From assembly GCA_011524535.1 (NCBI GenBank), contig WTKD01000002.1:20868-84867 (forward strand): a DNA stretch of 64,000 nucleotides, given 5' to 3'. This stretch comes from Spirochaetaceae bacterium (GTDB lineage Bacteria > Spirochaetota > Spirochaetia > WTKD01). Position 1 is the stretch's first letter. Each line of letters begins with the position of its first letter. This document shows positions 47,333-58,188 of the stretch, in pieces. A model generated the notes under the pieces. It was not told the DNA's origin. It searched no databases and saw only the letters and a list, made by a program, of their open reading frames with translations. A program made the translations under genes and the position numbers.

Positions 47333-47414
47333 GGGGAGTTTCCCGAGCGGTCAAAGGGAGCAGACTGTAAATCTGTTGGCTCAGCCTTCATAGGTTCGAA
47401 TCCTATACTCCCCA
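47333..47414 (+). tRNA. tRNA-Tyr (anticodon GTA)
   Basis: 82 nt type-II tRNA, acceptor GGGGAGT/ACTCCCC, anticodon loop CTGTAAA, long variable arm. Confidence 0.85.
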
Positions 47415-47435
47415 AAGTTGCTAAGGAGGGACCAG

Positions 47436-48380
47436 TTGAAATTACGTTTTTGGGGTGTGCGCGGTTCTCATCCAACAGGGGTTCCTCCTGAAGCTATCCG
47501 CCAGAAAATTGTTTCTGTGGTCAATAGGCTGAGTGCTTCTGATCTCGAGTCTGAGACATCCCGTCTGAAATTCCTCACCTCTCTTCCCGAATGGTTGTAT
47601 GGGACGGTCGGAGGGAGCACTCCGTGTTTAGAAATAGCAATAGACGAGTCGCGCAGTATTATTTTTGACGCAGGTTCTGGAATTATCCCTCTAGGTAATG
47701 ATTGGTTCCAACGTAAAAAAAAATCAAAAGACATTCATATATTTTTCACCCACTTTCATTATGATCACATACAGGGGTTTCCTTTTTTTGGCCCTGCATA
47801 TGATCCAACGGTCACATTGCATTTCTATAGTCCAGTGACAAATTTTGAACAAATACTCCGCAATCAAATGCAGCACCCATATTTCCCGATCACTATGGAC
47901 AATAGAATGACACAAAACATGCATTTTAACGTACTCACAAGTGAAAGTATTGAACTGTATGGAACCACAATTAATTGGAGGAAACTGAACCATCCTGGGG
48001 GGTCGTTTGGATACCGAGTCGCAGAGGGAGATCGTGTGTTTGGATATCTTTCTGATACGGAATTGCTACCCGAGGATTATCAAGCAAGCACAGTCAACAC
48101 CGAGTTTCTTTCTGGCATGCAGACCATGGTGCTGGACACCCCGTATACTCTTGGGGAAGCGATAGAAAAGTTTAACTGGGGGCATTCTTCTTTTACTCAT
48201 GGAGTTGAATTTGCACATGCCTGGGGTATAGAAGTCCTGTTTTTGTTTCATCATGAACCGCGATATGATGATCAGCGACTGCATCTAAATCTACAATCTG
48301 CTCGTTGGTATGCAAAAAGCCTAGGGAATTCAAAACTGAGCATTTATCTTTCTATGGAAGGAAGTGAATTTCATCTCTAA
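47436..48380 (+). CDS. MBL-fold metallo-hydrolase
   Basis: HFHYDHIQG motif; TTG start 7 nt after AAGGAGG (47422-47428). Confidence 0.7.
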   Translation: MKLRFWGVRGSHPTGVPPEAIRQKIVSVVNRLSASDLESETSRLKFLTSLPEWLYGTVGGSTPCLEIAIDESRSIIFDAGSGIIPLGNDWFQRKKKSKDIHIFFTHFHYDHIQGFPFFGPAYDPTVTLHFYSPVTNFEQILRNQMQHPYFPITMDNRMTQNMHFNVLTSESIELYGTTINWRKLNHPGGSFGYRVAEGDRVFGYLSDTELLPEDYQASTVNTEFLSGMQTMVLDTPYTLGEAIEKFNWGHSSFTHGVEFAHAWGIEVLFLFHHEPRYDDQRLHLNLQSARWYAKSLGNSKLSIYLSMEGSEFHL

Positions 48381-48415
48381 ATAGGGTATTTTTTTCAACT
48401 ATATACGGGTTTCCC

Positions 48416-51400
48416 TTGCATCGTTTCTTCTGCTATTATCAAAATCAGATGAAAAGTTGTTCATATATTATTTTTGTTAGAATACTTATTGTATTAATTG
48501 CTCTGTGTTCTATAGGTTATCCTGCGTTTTCTCAGAAATATGTTTTAGATGGAGGAAAGGACGATTATCACAAAATATTGTCTTCGGATTTACAAGCTAC
48601 TAGTGCGTCACCGGTTGTTTCTTCATTCCCCTTTTCTCACATAGCAAACCCTGCATTGAACGCTGGTATGCAACGATACCATCTTGGAGCGAACTATAGC
48701 GGGATGTTTTCTACTGATGAAGGATATTCGGGGCATATTGTATCTCTTGGGGTAGGAACTCCGACCAAATTCGGGAATATAACCGCCTCGACACATTTTT
48801 TGACGGCAGATTTTGAGTCTATAGAATATGGCAGTGTCGGCACTGTTCATGCAAGCTTTTCAAAAGATATTACAGATCAGTTTGATTTTGGATTGGGAAT
48901 TGGAGGTGGGTATGCGACGCTTGATTCGCAAAGTGATTGGATGCTTTCCTTAGATATTGGCGGTGTGTACAGACTTGAGTTTGTTTCTCTTCCTCACGTG
49001 CAGGTGGGTGGCGTATTGCGGAATCTTGGAAAATGGATACAATTCGACGAAAATTCAGGGGCCTTTCCCCCACCATTTACCGTGGCAGGTGGTCTAGAAG
49101 TTGGACTCGTTGAAAGTGATTCGTTATCACTTGCAGTGCGAAGCAATATGGAATTTCCGAGTGTTCAAAATGTTCGAGTAGATATGGGAGTTACCGCTGG
49201 ACTTTTTCAATTGGTCGACATAACTTCTTCCTGGCAGCTGGATGTTGGCAGATTGTTAGACGAATCAAGCGCGCAAGCCTCGTGGATTCCTACTGTAGGA
49301 CTTGGGATCACCGTTCCTTTGCAAGGATTTCAATTTAATGCAGCCTCTGAGAGAGATATAGACAAGGGGGCTGAACTAACACTCTCGCCAACTGTATTCC
49401 CTATGGTTGATGATGTATGGACTGGGGGATTGGGGGCAACTATTGCTTTTGGGAGCATTGACGATACCGGACCGATTATCTCGTATCAATTGACCGATGA
49501 GAGTAGGCATGTTTCTCCAAATAACGATGGTATTCAAGATACATTACTTTTTGACTTTTCAATCACGGATGAAAGTATTCTTGATTCTTATGCAATTGAA
49601 ATTTGGAATGAAGATTCCACATTGGTAAAAACCATACGCAATACTCGAGAAAGACCGGATTCCATCGAACTTGATAGTTTTTTTAATCGACTATTTGAGG
49701 TCGACAACGGCATAGAGGTTCCTGAAACTATCGTTTGGGATGGGCGAACCGACGAGGGAGTTATTGCAGCGGATGGACCTTATACTGTGAAAGCCATAGC
49801 GATGGATGATAATGAGAATACTACAACCGTCAGCATTGGTGAAATATTTGTAGACTCTACATTTCCAACGGCAGATGTTTCCTGGGGAAGTCCATTACTT
49901 TTTTCTCCGAACGGAGATGGGAACCTCGATGTGATAGAAATTGTACAGTCGGGCTCTGAGGAAATATTTTGGGTAGGAAGCATAACCGATGTGAGTGGTG
50001 ACATTCGAAATTCGTTTAGCTGGAATGATGGTGAGCCTGAGATGTTTTCTTGGGACGGGACTCAATTTGATGGAAGTCTTGTTGACGATGGGGTATACAC
50101 CTATACATTGGTCGGTCGTGATTCTGCGGGTAACGAAGAGACGATGACAATTGAGAATATTGTTGTTAGAACGGATGATACCCCATTAGATCTTCGAATT
50201 TCTACAAGTGCTTTTTCTCCGAATGGTGATGAGATACAGGACCTTATGAGAATATTTCCTATTATTGGAAGCACAAATGGAATAAGTGAATGGCGCCTTA
50301 TTATCTATGATAGGGATACATCCGATGAAGTGTATCGCGTTGATGGAGATAGCCCTTCGAACGAAATCCTGTTTGACGGATATTCCAATGGAGGCGTCTT
50401 GTTAAGCGATGGAGCCTATTTTGCAGAGCTGCAACTTTTTTATTCTTTTGGTAACCGGCCCCGAGTCATATCACCAACATTTTTTATTGATACTGGCGCC
50501 CCGTTTGTTGATGTGAGTTCTGATACAACGGTCATTTCTCCAAACGGAGATGGGGTTCAGGATGGATTTATTGCTGGAATCTCGAGTAGCTCCGAACATC
50601 TATGGACTATTGAGCTGCAGGATGAAGACAGGAATCGTGTATTTTTCCGTGAATGGTCGGATATTTTGCCAGATATTTTCGAATGGGATGCAAGAAATCA
50701 ATTGGGGAGAATTGTAAACGATGGTCAATACCAATTGGTGATTTCTGCAACCGATCTTGCGGGAAACACGACGGTAAATTCTGATATATCGGTATTGGTT
50801 GACACAACAGAATCTGAAATAACTATATCGCCGGAACGTCTTTCTTTTTCACCCAATGGAGACGGGGTTATGGATTCGATCCGTGTATTCGCCCGTTTGA
50901 GCTCGTTTCAAAACCAAGCAGTTTCATATCAATTCGAGATACAGGATGGAGCGGGTGCGGTTGTATATAGAGCAGCAAAAAATGATCGACTCCCAAATAC
51001 ATTTGCGTGGAATGGACAAACCATAGGCAATCAATTGGGTTCGAATGGGGAATATACCGCCAATCTTTTTGTGCAATTGCCCAACGGCAATCGCAGTAGT
51101 GCAAAGAGTGTTCCATTCTCACTTGATACAATCGCACCATCCTTAGATGTTGATATTGCCTATACTGTTTTTTCTCCAGATGAGGATGGATTGAAAGATA
51201 CGCTACCTATTTCCTTACAATCGAGTAAGGAAGATGAATGGATTATTGAAATAACCGATGAGGAAACCGCTGCACCGGTGTTCTCCAGAAGGATCAACGA
51301 TGCAAGTTTGACAGATTTTGCCTGGAATGGACGGGATAATGATGGAAACAGACTTGATGATGGATTATATTCGATTGCCATTTCGAGCAAAGACGAAGCA

Positions 51401-52492
51401 GGGAATGAAACAGAAACAAATCTTGAAAACATACGTGTTCGAACAACCGATCCCGCCGTAATAGTATTACTGGAATCCTATCAAGCTTCTCCAAATGGAG
51501 ATGGATTAGAAGATTCTATTCCTATTAATGTATCACTTACATCGGTTGAGGGCTTGGAGCAGTGGGAATTGGCTATTCTAGATGCAGAAGGGGTTATTCA
51601 GAAAATTATTTCTGGTGAAGACAAGGAAAATACCGTATCTTATTCTTGGGATGGGAGTAATGATTCCAATGTAATGCTGGATGGGATTTACACAGCAAGT
51701 TTCACAGCGGTGTACGATCACGGACCAACACCATCGGCGGTTTCACGTCCATTTCTCATTGATACAACTCCACCAGAGGTCACGTTAATCACAAGACCAT
51801 TGCCATTTTCACCAGATGCCGATGGTGTTAATGATGAGTTGTTTGTAGAACTCGACATACGAGATATCAGCCCAATCAAGGATTGGGGATTTACCATATT
51901 TGATCGTAGTGATACGGTATTTCAATCACTTTCAGGAAATGGTCGCCCATCAAATCGCTTGCGTTGGGATGGAAATGGTTTGGATGGAACAAGCGTTGTG
52001 TCGGCGGAAGATTACCCATATGTATTTTCCATTACGGATGCATTGGGGAATAACACGGTTGTTGATGGATCCATTCCAGTAGACATTTTGGTATTTAGGG
52101 ATGGCGATAGGCTAAGAATTCAAATTTCTGCGATAAATTTTGAGCCATTCTCTTCGGTATTAGTACTTGATAATTCTGTGCAAGGGGTGAAAAATACAGC
52201 TATACTTGAGAGGTTGACAACTATTTTCCAGAAATATTCTTCATATCGTATACAGATAGAAGGACATGCAGTGAATTTGAGTGGCACCTCACGCGAGGAA
52301 GTTGAAGAATTGGCACCACTGTCGGCCGCCCGTGCTGATGCAGTAAAATTTGAATTGGCAAAACGTGGAATAAGTTCAAGCAGAATCCTATCGATCGGAT
52401 TAGGAGGAACCGCCCCCATTGTTCCACACACCGACGAACAGAATAGATGGAAGAACAGGCGAGTTGAATTTATTTTGTTGAGAAGACAATAA
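48416..52492 (+). CDS. large outer-membrane protein: N-terminal beta-barrel-like region, 8 tandem FlgD-Ig-like repeats, C-terminal OmpA peptidoglycan-binding domain
   Basis: signal peptide (probable start M at 48449), recurring (F)SPNGDGxxD motif about every 100 aa, C-terminal OmpA_C (…AARADAVKFELAKRGISSSRI…NRRVEFILL). Confidence 0.75.
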   Translation: MHRFFCYYQNQMKSCSYIIFVRILIVLIALCSIGYPAFSQKYVLDGGKDDYHKILSSDLQATSASPVVSSFPFSHIANPALNAGMQRYHLGANYSGMFSTDEGYSGHIVSLGVGTPTKFGNITASTHFLTADFESIEYGSVGTVHASFSKDITDQFDFGLGIGGGYATLDSQSDWMLSLDIGGVYRLEFVSLPHVQVGGVLRNLGKWIQFDENSGAFPPPFTVAGGLEVGLVESDSLSLAVRSNMEFPSVQNVRVDMGVTAGLFQLVDITSSWQLDVGRLLDESSAQASWIPTVGLGITVPLQGFQFNAASERDIDKGAELTLSPTVFPMVDDVWTGGLGATIAFGSIDDTGPIISYQLTDESRHVSPNNDGIQDTLLFDFSITDESILDSYAIEIWNEDSTLVKTIRNTRERPDSIELDSFFNRLFEVDNGIEVPETIVWDGRTDEGVIAADGPYTVKAIAMDDNENTTTVSIGEIFVDSTFPTADVSWGSPLLFSPNGDGNLDVIEIVQSGSEEIFWVGSITDVSGDIRNSFSWNDGEPEMFSWDGTQFDGSLVDDGVYTYTLVGRDSAGNEETMTIENIVVRTDDTPLDLRISTSAFSPNGDEIQDLMRIFPIIGSTNGISEWRLIIYDRDTSDEVYRVDGDSPSNEILFDGYSNGGVLLSDGAYFAELQLFYSFGNRPRVISPTFFIDTGAPFVDVSSDTTVISPNGDGVQDGFIAGISSSSEHLWTIELQDEDRNRVFFREWSDILPDIFEWDARNQLGRIVNDGQYQLVISATDLAGNTTVNSDISVLVDTTESEITISPERLSFSPNGDGVMDSIRVFARLSSFQNQAVSYQFEIQDGAGAVVYRAAKNDRLPNTFAWNGQTIGNQLGSNGEYTANLFVQLPNGNRSSAKSVPFSLDTIAPSLDVDIAYTVFSPDEDGLKDTLPISLQSSKEDEWIIEITDEETAAPVFSRRINDASLTDFAWNGRDNDGNRLDDGLYSIAISSKDEAGNETETNLENIRVRTTDPAVIVLLESYQASPNGDGLEDSIPINVSLTSVEGLEQWELAILDAEGVIQKIISGEDKENTVSYSWDGSNDSNVMLDGIYTASFTAVYDHGPTPSAVSRPFLIDTTPPEVTLITRPLPFSPDADGVNDELFVELDIRDISPIKDWGFTIFDRSDTVFQSLSGNGRPSNRLRWDGNGLDGTSVVSAEDYPYVFSITDALGNNTVVDGSIPVDILVFRDGDRLRIQISAINFEPFSSVLVLDNSVQGVKNTAILERLTTIFQKYSSYRIQIEGHAVNLSGTSREEVEELAPLSAARADAVKFELAKRGISSSRILSIGLGGTAPIVPHTDEQNRWKNRRVEFILLRRQ

Positions 52493-52504
52493 CGAGGTAG
52501 CGAT

Positions 52505-53545
52505 ATGCGTAGGTTTCGAAAGTTTTTAGTTATAATAATTGTATTTGTGATATTGGCTTTAGGCGGAGCTTTGGGAATGATTGGGTATCTTTTGTATACA
52601 CCTCTCGAATCTCTCGCTGAAGAAGAATCTCCTGTCGAATTCACCATCTCAAAAAATGAATCGCTTCAAGAGATCGCAACTAGGTTAGCAAGTGAAGCAC
52701 TGGTACGTTCTGCTCGTTTATTTTTGTTGTATACGCGCTTTCGAGGTACCGATGGACAAGTTCCAGCTGGCACTTTTATGGTAGAGAGAGGTAAACATCT
52801 TGTTGACTTTCATGATGATTTGATGGTTGGACAAGAAATCCTTACTTCGGTACTAATTCCAGAAGGAGCAACGATAAGACAAATCGCGCGGAGACTCGAA
52901 AAGGCGAATCTGGTGGATGCAAAGGCCTTTGAGGATTACGCTCACGAAAATACAGTGTTGAAATCTTATGGGCTCGATATTCCGTCTTTGCAAGGATTTC
53001 TTTTTCCGGATACGTACTATTTTTCACCACAGGAAAGTATGGAAAATATTGCCAAAACCATGGTAGAAGAATTTTTCAAAACCCTTGCAGAGTTAGAAAT
53101 TGATTACACCGCGTTCAATGACAGTATATTTTACAACCGCGTCGTTATGGCTAGTATTGTTGAGAGGGAATATAGGGTGGCAGAGGAAGCTCCTCTTATC
53201 GCATCGGTTTTTTATAATAGATTGGAGCAGGGCATGAGATTACAATCTTGTGCGACCATAGTTTTTGTTATAACGGAAGAAGAAGGTAACCCTCATCCGA
53301 CTCGATTGTTTTTTTCTGACCTTGAAAGGACATCGCTTTATAATACATATCTTCATCAGGGACCACCTCCTACACCCATTGCATCTCCAGGTAGAGAGGC
53401 TTTATCAGCTAGTTTTTTTCCTGCAGACACCGATTATCTCTTTTTTGTTGTGAATCCAGCTGAGCCAGGCACGCATACATTTACAACTCAGTATTCGGAT
53501 CATCTAGTTGCTGCACATTTGTTGTACATAAAACAAGAATCCTAG
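52505..53545 (+). CDS. mltG: endolytic murein transglycosylase MltG (YceG)
   Basis: N-terminal TM, YceG-like domain. Confidence 0.85.
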   Translation: MRRFRKFLVIIIVFVILALGGALGMIGYLLYTPLESLAEEESPVEFTISKNESLQEIATRLASEALVRSARLFLLYTRFRGTDGQVPAGTFMVERGKHLVDFHDDLMVGQEILTSVLIPEGATIRQIARRLEKANLVDAKAFEDYAHENTVLKSYGLDIPSLQGFLFPDTYYFSPQESMENIAKTMVEEFFKTLAELEIDYTAFNDSIFYNRVVMASIVEREYRVAEEAPLIASVFYNRLEQGMRLQSCATIVFVITEEEGNPHPTRLFFSDLERTSLYNTYLHQGPPPTPIASPGREALSASFFPADTDYLFFVVNPAEPGTHTFTTQYSDHLVAAHLLYIKQES

Positions 53546-55308
53546 TGGCTTCACCTTTGGCAAATGCAATACGAGCGAATGTCTCTATCGTTGATGTTGT
53601 TTCTAATTATGTTCAACTTACCCGGAGCGGTGAAGAATTCCGAGGGTTGAGCCCCTTTACCCAAGAAAAAACCCCTTCCTTTTTTGTTTCACCGACTAAG
53701 AATGTGTTTTATTGTTTCAGCACAAAAAAGGGAGGGGATGTCATTTCTTTTGTTATGGAAGTAGAAAAAATCGATTATAGGGAATCACTGCGCTTTCTGG
53801 CACAAAAATTTGGCATAGAGGTATCGGAAGGAGATACGCGTGAGTATCAGAGCTATAGCGAACTTGTTGAATTCTATAAGAGGCTGACAAAAACATTTCA
53901 GCATTTTCTCTTGCGTGACCCTATGGGAGGGAGAGCGCGTGCTTATCTTAAGGAAAGGGGATTAACCGAGAAAAGTCTTGAGGCTTTTCAATTGGGGTAT
54001 GCTCCTGGTAATACAAACACCCTCATTGATTTCTTGTCAAAACGAGGATTTTCTAATGATTTTCTATTCTCTGCTGGCATGTTGAATAAACATAGGCAAT
54101 CTTTTTTTAGAAATAGAATCATGTTTCCGTTAGTAAATCAGATGCATGAATACTTAGGCTTTGGGGGGCGTTCATTAGATGAATTTGGGCCAAAATATTT
54201 ACATTCACGTGAATCAATGGTTTTCAAAAAGAAAAAATATTTGTATGGATTTGCCATGGCCCGTGAAGCCATAAAATCAAAAGACAAGGTCTATATTGCA
54301 GAAGGCTATTTCGATGTCATTGCCTGCCATCAGGTCGGTATTAAAAATGTTGTAGCTTCGCTGGGCACTTCACTGGGTAATGATACTATTGAAATATTGC
54401 TCCCCTATACAAAGAATATTGTTTTACTGTTTGATTCAGATAGAGCTGGAGTTGGCGCTGCTATCCGAGCAATGAATGCTTCTATCGAACACGGAGTGGA
54501 ATTGCAAGGGGTGTTGTTGCCCCAAGGGGCAGATCCTGCAGATATTATTCAAGCTTCTAGAAAAGCTGAATTATTGGAAATTCTTGAAGATGAGCAAGAT
54601 ATTTTTGAGTTACTACTTGCATATAATACAAAAAAACATGAAAATGCATACGGTGCTCTCCACAAAGAAGTTTTTAGCTTGATATACTCTATTGAATCAC
54701 AGGTTAGGAGGGAAGATTGCTTGGCAAAATTCGCTGTCCTATTGGATAAGAAAGTGGAAAGCGTACAGTATGATTTCTCCCGATATACTTCAGGACAGCG
54801 AGGCGTGAAAAGAGATGAAGTGCAGTCATCTGAGCTTGCTGTAGATATGGAATTATTGCATTCGGCTACCGATCGTCGTTGCTTTGCTCGATTACGTGAA
54901 GATGTGAGCGCTGATGACTATAGGAATAAAGAATCAAAGGGTCTGTTTTATATACTAGAAGAAACATTTAGGGAGACGCCATCTGATGAAAAAGATTTCG
55001 TGATAGCTGTTCAGAAAAAGATAGAAAATAATTCTATTAGAGATAGGATAATGCGAATGCTTGTTAAGCCTTACGATTTTGAAAAAAAGATGCTCGATAT
55101 AGAAGGTGGAATTCAAAAAATCCGAAAAGAGCGATATATAAAAGAAAAAGAGAAACTGATTAAAATGGTCGCAACTGTATCAAAAACCGAAAGTAGCGCC
55201 GAATATCAGAGAATTTGGGCAGAAATTACCGAATTAACGAAGACCATAGACCAGTTGAATAAGGGGAGCAAAAGAACTGTTATACACAGTTCGTTAAACA
55301 CCGAATAA
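53545..55308 (+). CDS. dnaG: DNA primase
   Basis: Zn-ribbon-region homology ([15 protein letters not shown]…FYCF), TOPRIM ([10 protein letters not shown]…LFDSDRAG). Confidence 0.85.
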   Translation: MASPLANAIRANVSIVDVVSNYVQLTRSGEEFRGLSPFTQEKTPSFFVSPTKNVFYCFSTKKGGDVISFVMEVEKIDYRESLRFLAQKFGIEVSEGDTREYQSYSELVEFYKRLTKTFQHFLLRDPMGGRARAYLKERGLTEKSLEAFQLGYAPGNTNTLIDFLSKRGFSNDFLFSAGMLNKHRQSFFRNRIMFPLVNQMHEYLGFGGRSLDEFGPKYLHSRESMVFKKKKYLYGFAMAREAIKSKDKVYIAEGYFDVIACHQVGIKNVVASLGTSLGNDTIEILLPYTKNIVLLFDSDRAGVGAAIRAMNASIEHGVELQGVLLPQGADPADIIQASRKAELLEILEDEQDIFELLLAYNTKKHENAYGALHKEVFSLIYSIESQVRREDCLAKFAVLLDKKVESVQYDFSRYTSGQRGVKRDEVQSSELAVDMELLHSATDRRCFARLREDVSADDYRNKESKGLFYILEETFRETPSDEKDFVIAVQKKIENNSIRDRIMRMLVKPYDFEKKMLDIEGGIQKIRKERYIKEKEKLIKMVATVSKTESSAEYQRIWAEITELTKTIDQLNKGSKRTVIHSSLNTE

Positions 55309-55334
55309 ATTTCGGTGTGGATAATGAGTGCATT

Positions 55335-56840
55335 ATGAAGAAAGAATCATTTTCAGATGATCCGATACGATTGTATTTGAGCGAGATCGGAAAAGAGAAA
55401 TTGCTGAATGCCGAACAAGAGGTACAGCTTTCAAAACAAATGCGCGATGGAGAACAAATGATTCGAAGTATCGTTATTCATTCGATCGCGATTATGTATA
55501 ACGTTCAAGAATTAGCGCAAAAGGTTTCTTGTATAAAGCAAGGACAACCTCTTGTGAGTGTACCCAAGAGGGGAAAAGTTTCGAAGACTAGGTCAGAAGT
55601 AAGGAATGCCCAAAAAGTTCTTCGCGACACCGTACGCGATCTTGCTCCAGAATTCCACCAGTATAGAGAAAAAGCTTTGAAATTCCATCTACAAGGTAGT
55701 GATGTTGCGGAAGTTCCAGAAGTGATAAAATTGCGAGATGTCTTGCTCAAAAAACTAAAGAAATATGATATTTCGTCTGATGAATTGCAAAATTATGCGG
55801 ATACGTTTTTGGATGTTATATACTTTCTAATCGCAATGCGACAAGAGCAGGATCTATTTCTCACGCAGTTGCATATTGAGACGATGAGCGATGTTCGTGA
55901 ACTTGGAAGAAAATTGGCGAATGCAAATAATCGTGAAGAGCTAGAATCCAGATTAAAAATGAACCATAATCATATTAAAGAGAAGATTAGCGCTCTACAG
56001 ATGAACGAAAGAGGTAGGCGGGAGATTCAGTATTTTTTTGGCCTTACCGAAAAAGGATTGCTTGAGCATCTACGTGAACTTGAGGTAGGTAAAGAGATGC
56101 TTCAAGATGCAAAAGACAAGCTTATTCAGGCAAACCTTAGATTGGTTGTGAGTATTGCGAAAAAGCACACCAATAGGGGATTGCATTTCTTTGACCTCAT
56201 TCAGGAAGGAAATATAGGCCTCATTAAAGCAGTCGAAAAGTTTGAGTATTTGAAAGGCTTTAAGTTTTCGACATATGCAACGTGGTGGATTCGACAAGCA
56301 ATAACAAGATCGATTTCAGATCAAGCTCGAACAATTCGTGTGCCCGTGCATATGATAGAACAAATAAACAAGCTGATGAGAGAGGCTCGCCAGCTTATGC
56401 AACAGTATGGTAGGGAGCCAAATGATGATGAGTTGGCGGAACGGTTGGGTTGGAGTAAGAGCAGAATCAAAGCAGTGAAGAATGTTGCCAAAGAGCCTGT
56501 TTCACTCGAATCTTCGGTGGGTGAAGACGATGATTCCTTTTTGGGGGAATTCATTGAAGACAAGGATATGGAAAGTCCTATTCAAACAGCGGAGTTTACT
56601 ATGCTTCAGTCTCATATAAAAGAAGTATTATCGACTCTACCAGAACGAGAAAGAGATGTTATTCGGAAACGATTTGGCTTGGACAGCGGGTATGCATTGA
56701 CATTGGAAGAAGTTGGTCTTCAGTTTAATGTTACTCGTGAACGAATTCGTCAAATAGAGGCAAAGGCACTTAGGAGATTACGCCACCCAAGCGAATCGAC
56801 ACGCATACGAGGATATTTAGATACAAAAGAGGAGCAATAG
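55335..56840 (+). CDS. rpoD: RNA polymerase sigma factor RpoD (sigma70)
   Basis: regions 2-4: [62 protein letters not shown]. Confidence 0.9.
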   Translation: MKKESFSDDPIRLYLSEIGKEKLLNAEQEVQLSKQMRDGEQMIRSIVIHSIAIMYNVQELAQKVSCIKQGQPLVSVPKRGKVSKTRSEVRNAQKVLRDTVRDLAPEFHQYREKALKFHLQGSDVAEVPEVIKLRDVLLKKLKKYDISSDELQNYADTFLDVIYFLIAMRQEQDLFLTQLHIETMSDVRELGRKLANANNREELESRLKMNHNHIKEKISALQMNERGRREIQYFFGLTEKGLLEHLRELEVGKEMLQDAKDKLIQANLRLVVSIAKKHTNRGLHFFDLIQEGNIGLIKAVEKFEYLKGFKFSTYATWWIRQAITRSISDQARTIRVPVHMIEQINKLMREARQLMQQYGREPNDDELAERLGWSKSRIKAVKNVAKEPVSLESSVGEDDDSFLGEFIEDKDMESPIQTAEFTMLQSHIKEVLSTLPERERDVIRKRFGLDSGYALTLEEVGLQFNVTRERIRQIEAKALRRLRHPSESTRIRGYLDTKEEQ

Positions 56841-57854
56841 ATGCAAGCAATAATCGAAAGCATGAGACAATTGCAAGAAGTTCTTATCGAACACATTGCA
56901 ATAGAAAAAAAATTAGAGGAAATTCCAAAGATTCTTGATCAAAAAGAGGAGATACTCAGACGTTTACAGCAAGTAAATGGGGAAAAACAGGTTGAGAAAG
57001 ACACAGTTGATGAGCAGTTGAAAGGCTTCAAAGTTTCTCTTACTGAAGTTGAAGATCTTCTTGCAAAGCTTGAAAATCAAATCAGTGAGATAGGCACGCA
57101 GAGAGAATACGAGGCTCTTGAGAAAGAAATACAAATACATAGCAACAAAGAAACGCAGATACGTAAAGAGATGATCGCACTTGAAAAGCAATCACAAGAA
57201 TTATCTGAAAAGATTGGGTCTGAACACGAGATGATTGAAGAGCAAAGGGTTGAACTTGAGAAAGCTCAAGAAGATGTGCGCGAATTGAAAACCGAGTATG
57301 AAACCAAATTAAATGATTTGGCTTCTCAGGCAGAGGACATATCTGTAAACCTTGATGCAGAACTAGTGTTTAAATTTGAAAGAATCATCCGATCAAAGGG
57401 CGGAAAAGGAATATTACCGCTTCGAAAAAATATTTGTACCGGTTGTAATATGATACTACCAAATCAATTCGTGAATGATGTCAGGGATGCGGATTCGATT
57501 AGCTTTTGCACGTATTGTTCCACGATTTTGTATTATTCAGATGAGAGCGATGGAGAAGAGGTAGTAGAGGAAGAAACCGGAACCCTTGGAGAAATGCTTG
57601 ATTTGGATGATGATTTTGAGGATTCCGATTTCGATTTTGAACTTGAAAATTATGATTCTGAGGTATCCTCTGATGATGATGCTGAAATTGATTCGAAAGA
57701 GAGCGAGGTTGATGAGGACGATCATATGGAGGAAGAAGAAATAGAGGAGGACTCTGAGATGGCACCTGTAGCCGATTCTAACGAAGAAGAAGATGATGAA
57801 TTTTCGTTTGAAACAGATGAAGAAGATGCCGAAGAGGATGAAGAAGAAAGCTAG
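56841..57854 (+). CDS. COG1579-type coiled-coil zinc-ribbon protein with long acidic C-terminal tail
   Basis: coiled coil then CTGCNM…CTYC zinc ribbon, ~90 aa D/E-rich tail. Confidence 0.65.
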   Translation: MQAIIESMRQLQEVLIEHIAIEKKLEEIPKILDQKEEILRRLQQVNGEKQVEKDTVDEQLKGFKVSLTEVEDLLAKLENQISEIGTQREYEALEKEIQIHSNKETQIRKEMIALEKQSQELSEKIGSEHEMIEEQRVELEKAQEDVRELKTEYETKLNDLASQAEDISVNLDAELVFKFERIIRSKGGKGILPLRKNICTGCNMILPNQFVNDVRDADSISFCTYCSTILYYSDESDGEEVVEEETGTLGEMLDLDDDFEDSDFDFELENYDSEVSSDDDAEIDSKESEVDEDDHMEEEEIEEDSEMAPVADSNEEEDDEFSFETDEEDAEEDEEES

Positions 57855-58166
57855 GTGGAACCGCTATCGCTGCATAGATGTGTAGAGGAAAGTCCGGGCT
57901 TCGTAGAGCATGGCACCGGGTAACATCCGGCAGTGGAAACACTAGAGAAAGTGCAACAGAAAATATACCGCCGAAAGGTAAGGGTGAAATAGTGTGGTAA
58001 GAGCGCACTTACAGTGTGGCAACACATATGTACTGTAAACCTTGTCAGAAGCAAGCTCAAATAAACAAAGCATTGCTCGTGTGTATTGTGGGTAGAGCGC
58101 AAGACGATGAAGGTGACTTCATCGCTAGATAGATGATAGCAAAACAGAATCCGGCTTATGTTCCAC
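57854..58166 (+). ncRNA. rnpB: RNase P RNA (bacterial type A)
   Basis: universally conserved GAGGAAAGUCCGGGCU (P4), GGUAAGGGUGAAAUAGUGUGGUAAGAGCGCAC, ACAGAAUCCGGCUUAU and P1 pairing GGUGGAAC/GUUCCACC. Confidence 0.9.
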
Positions 58167-58188
58167 CTTTTTTATAGCGAAAGTAAAG

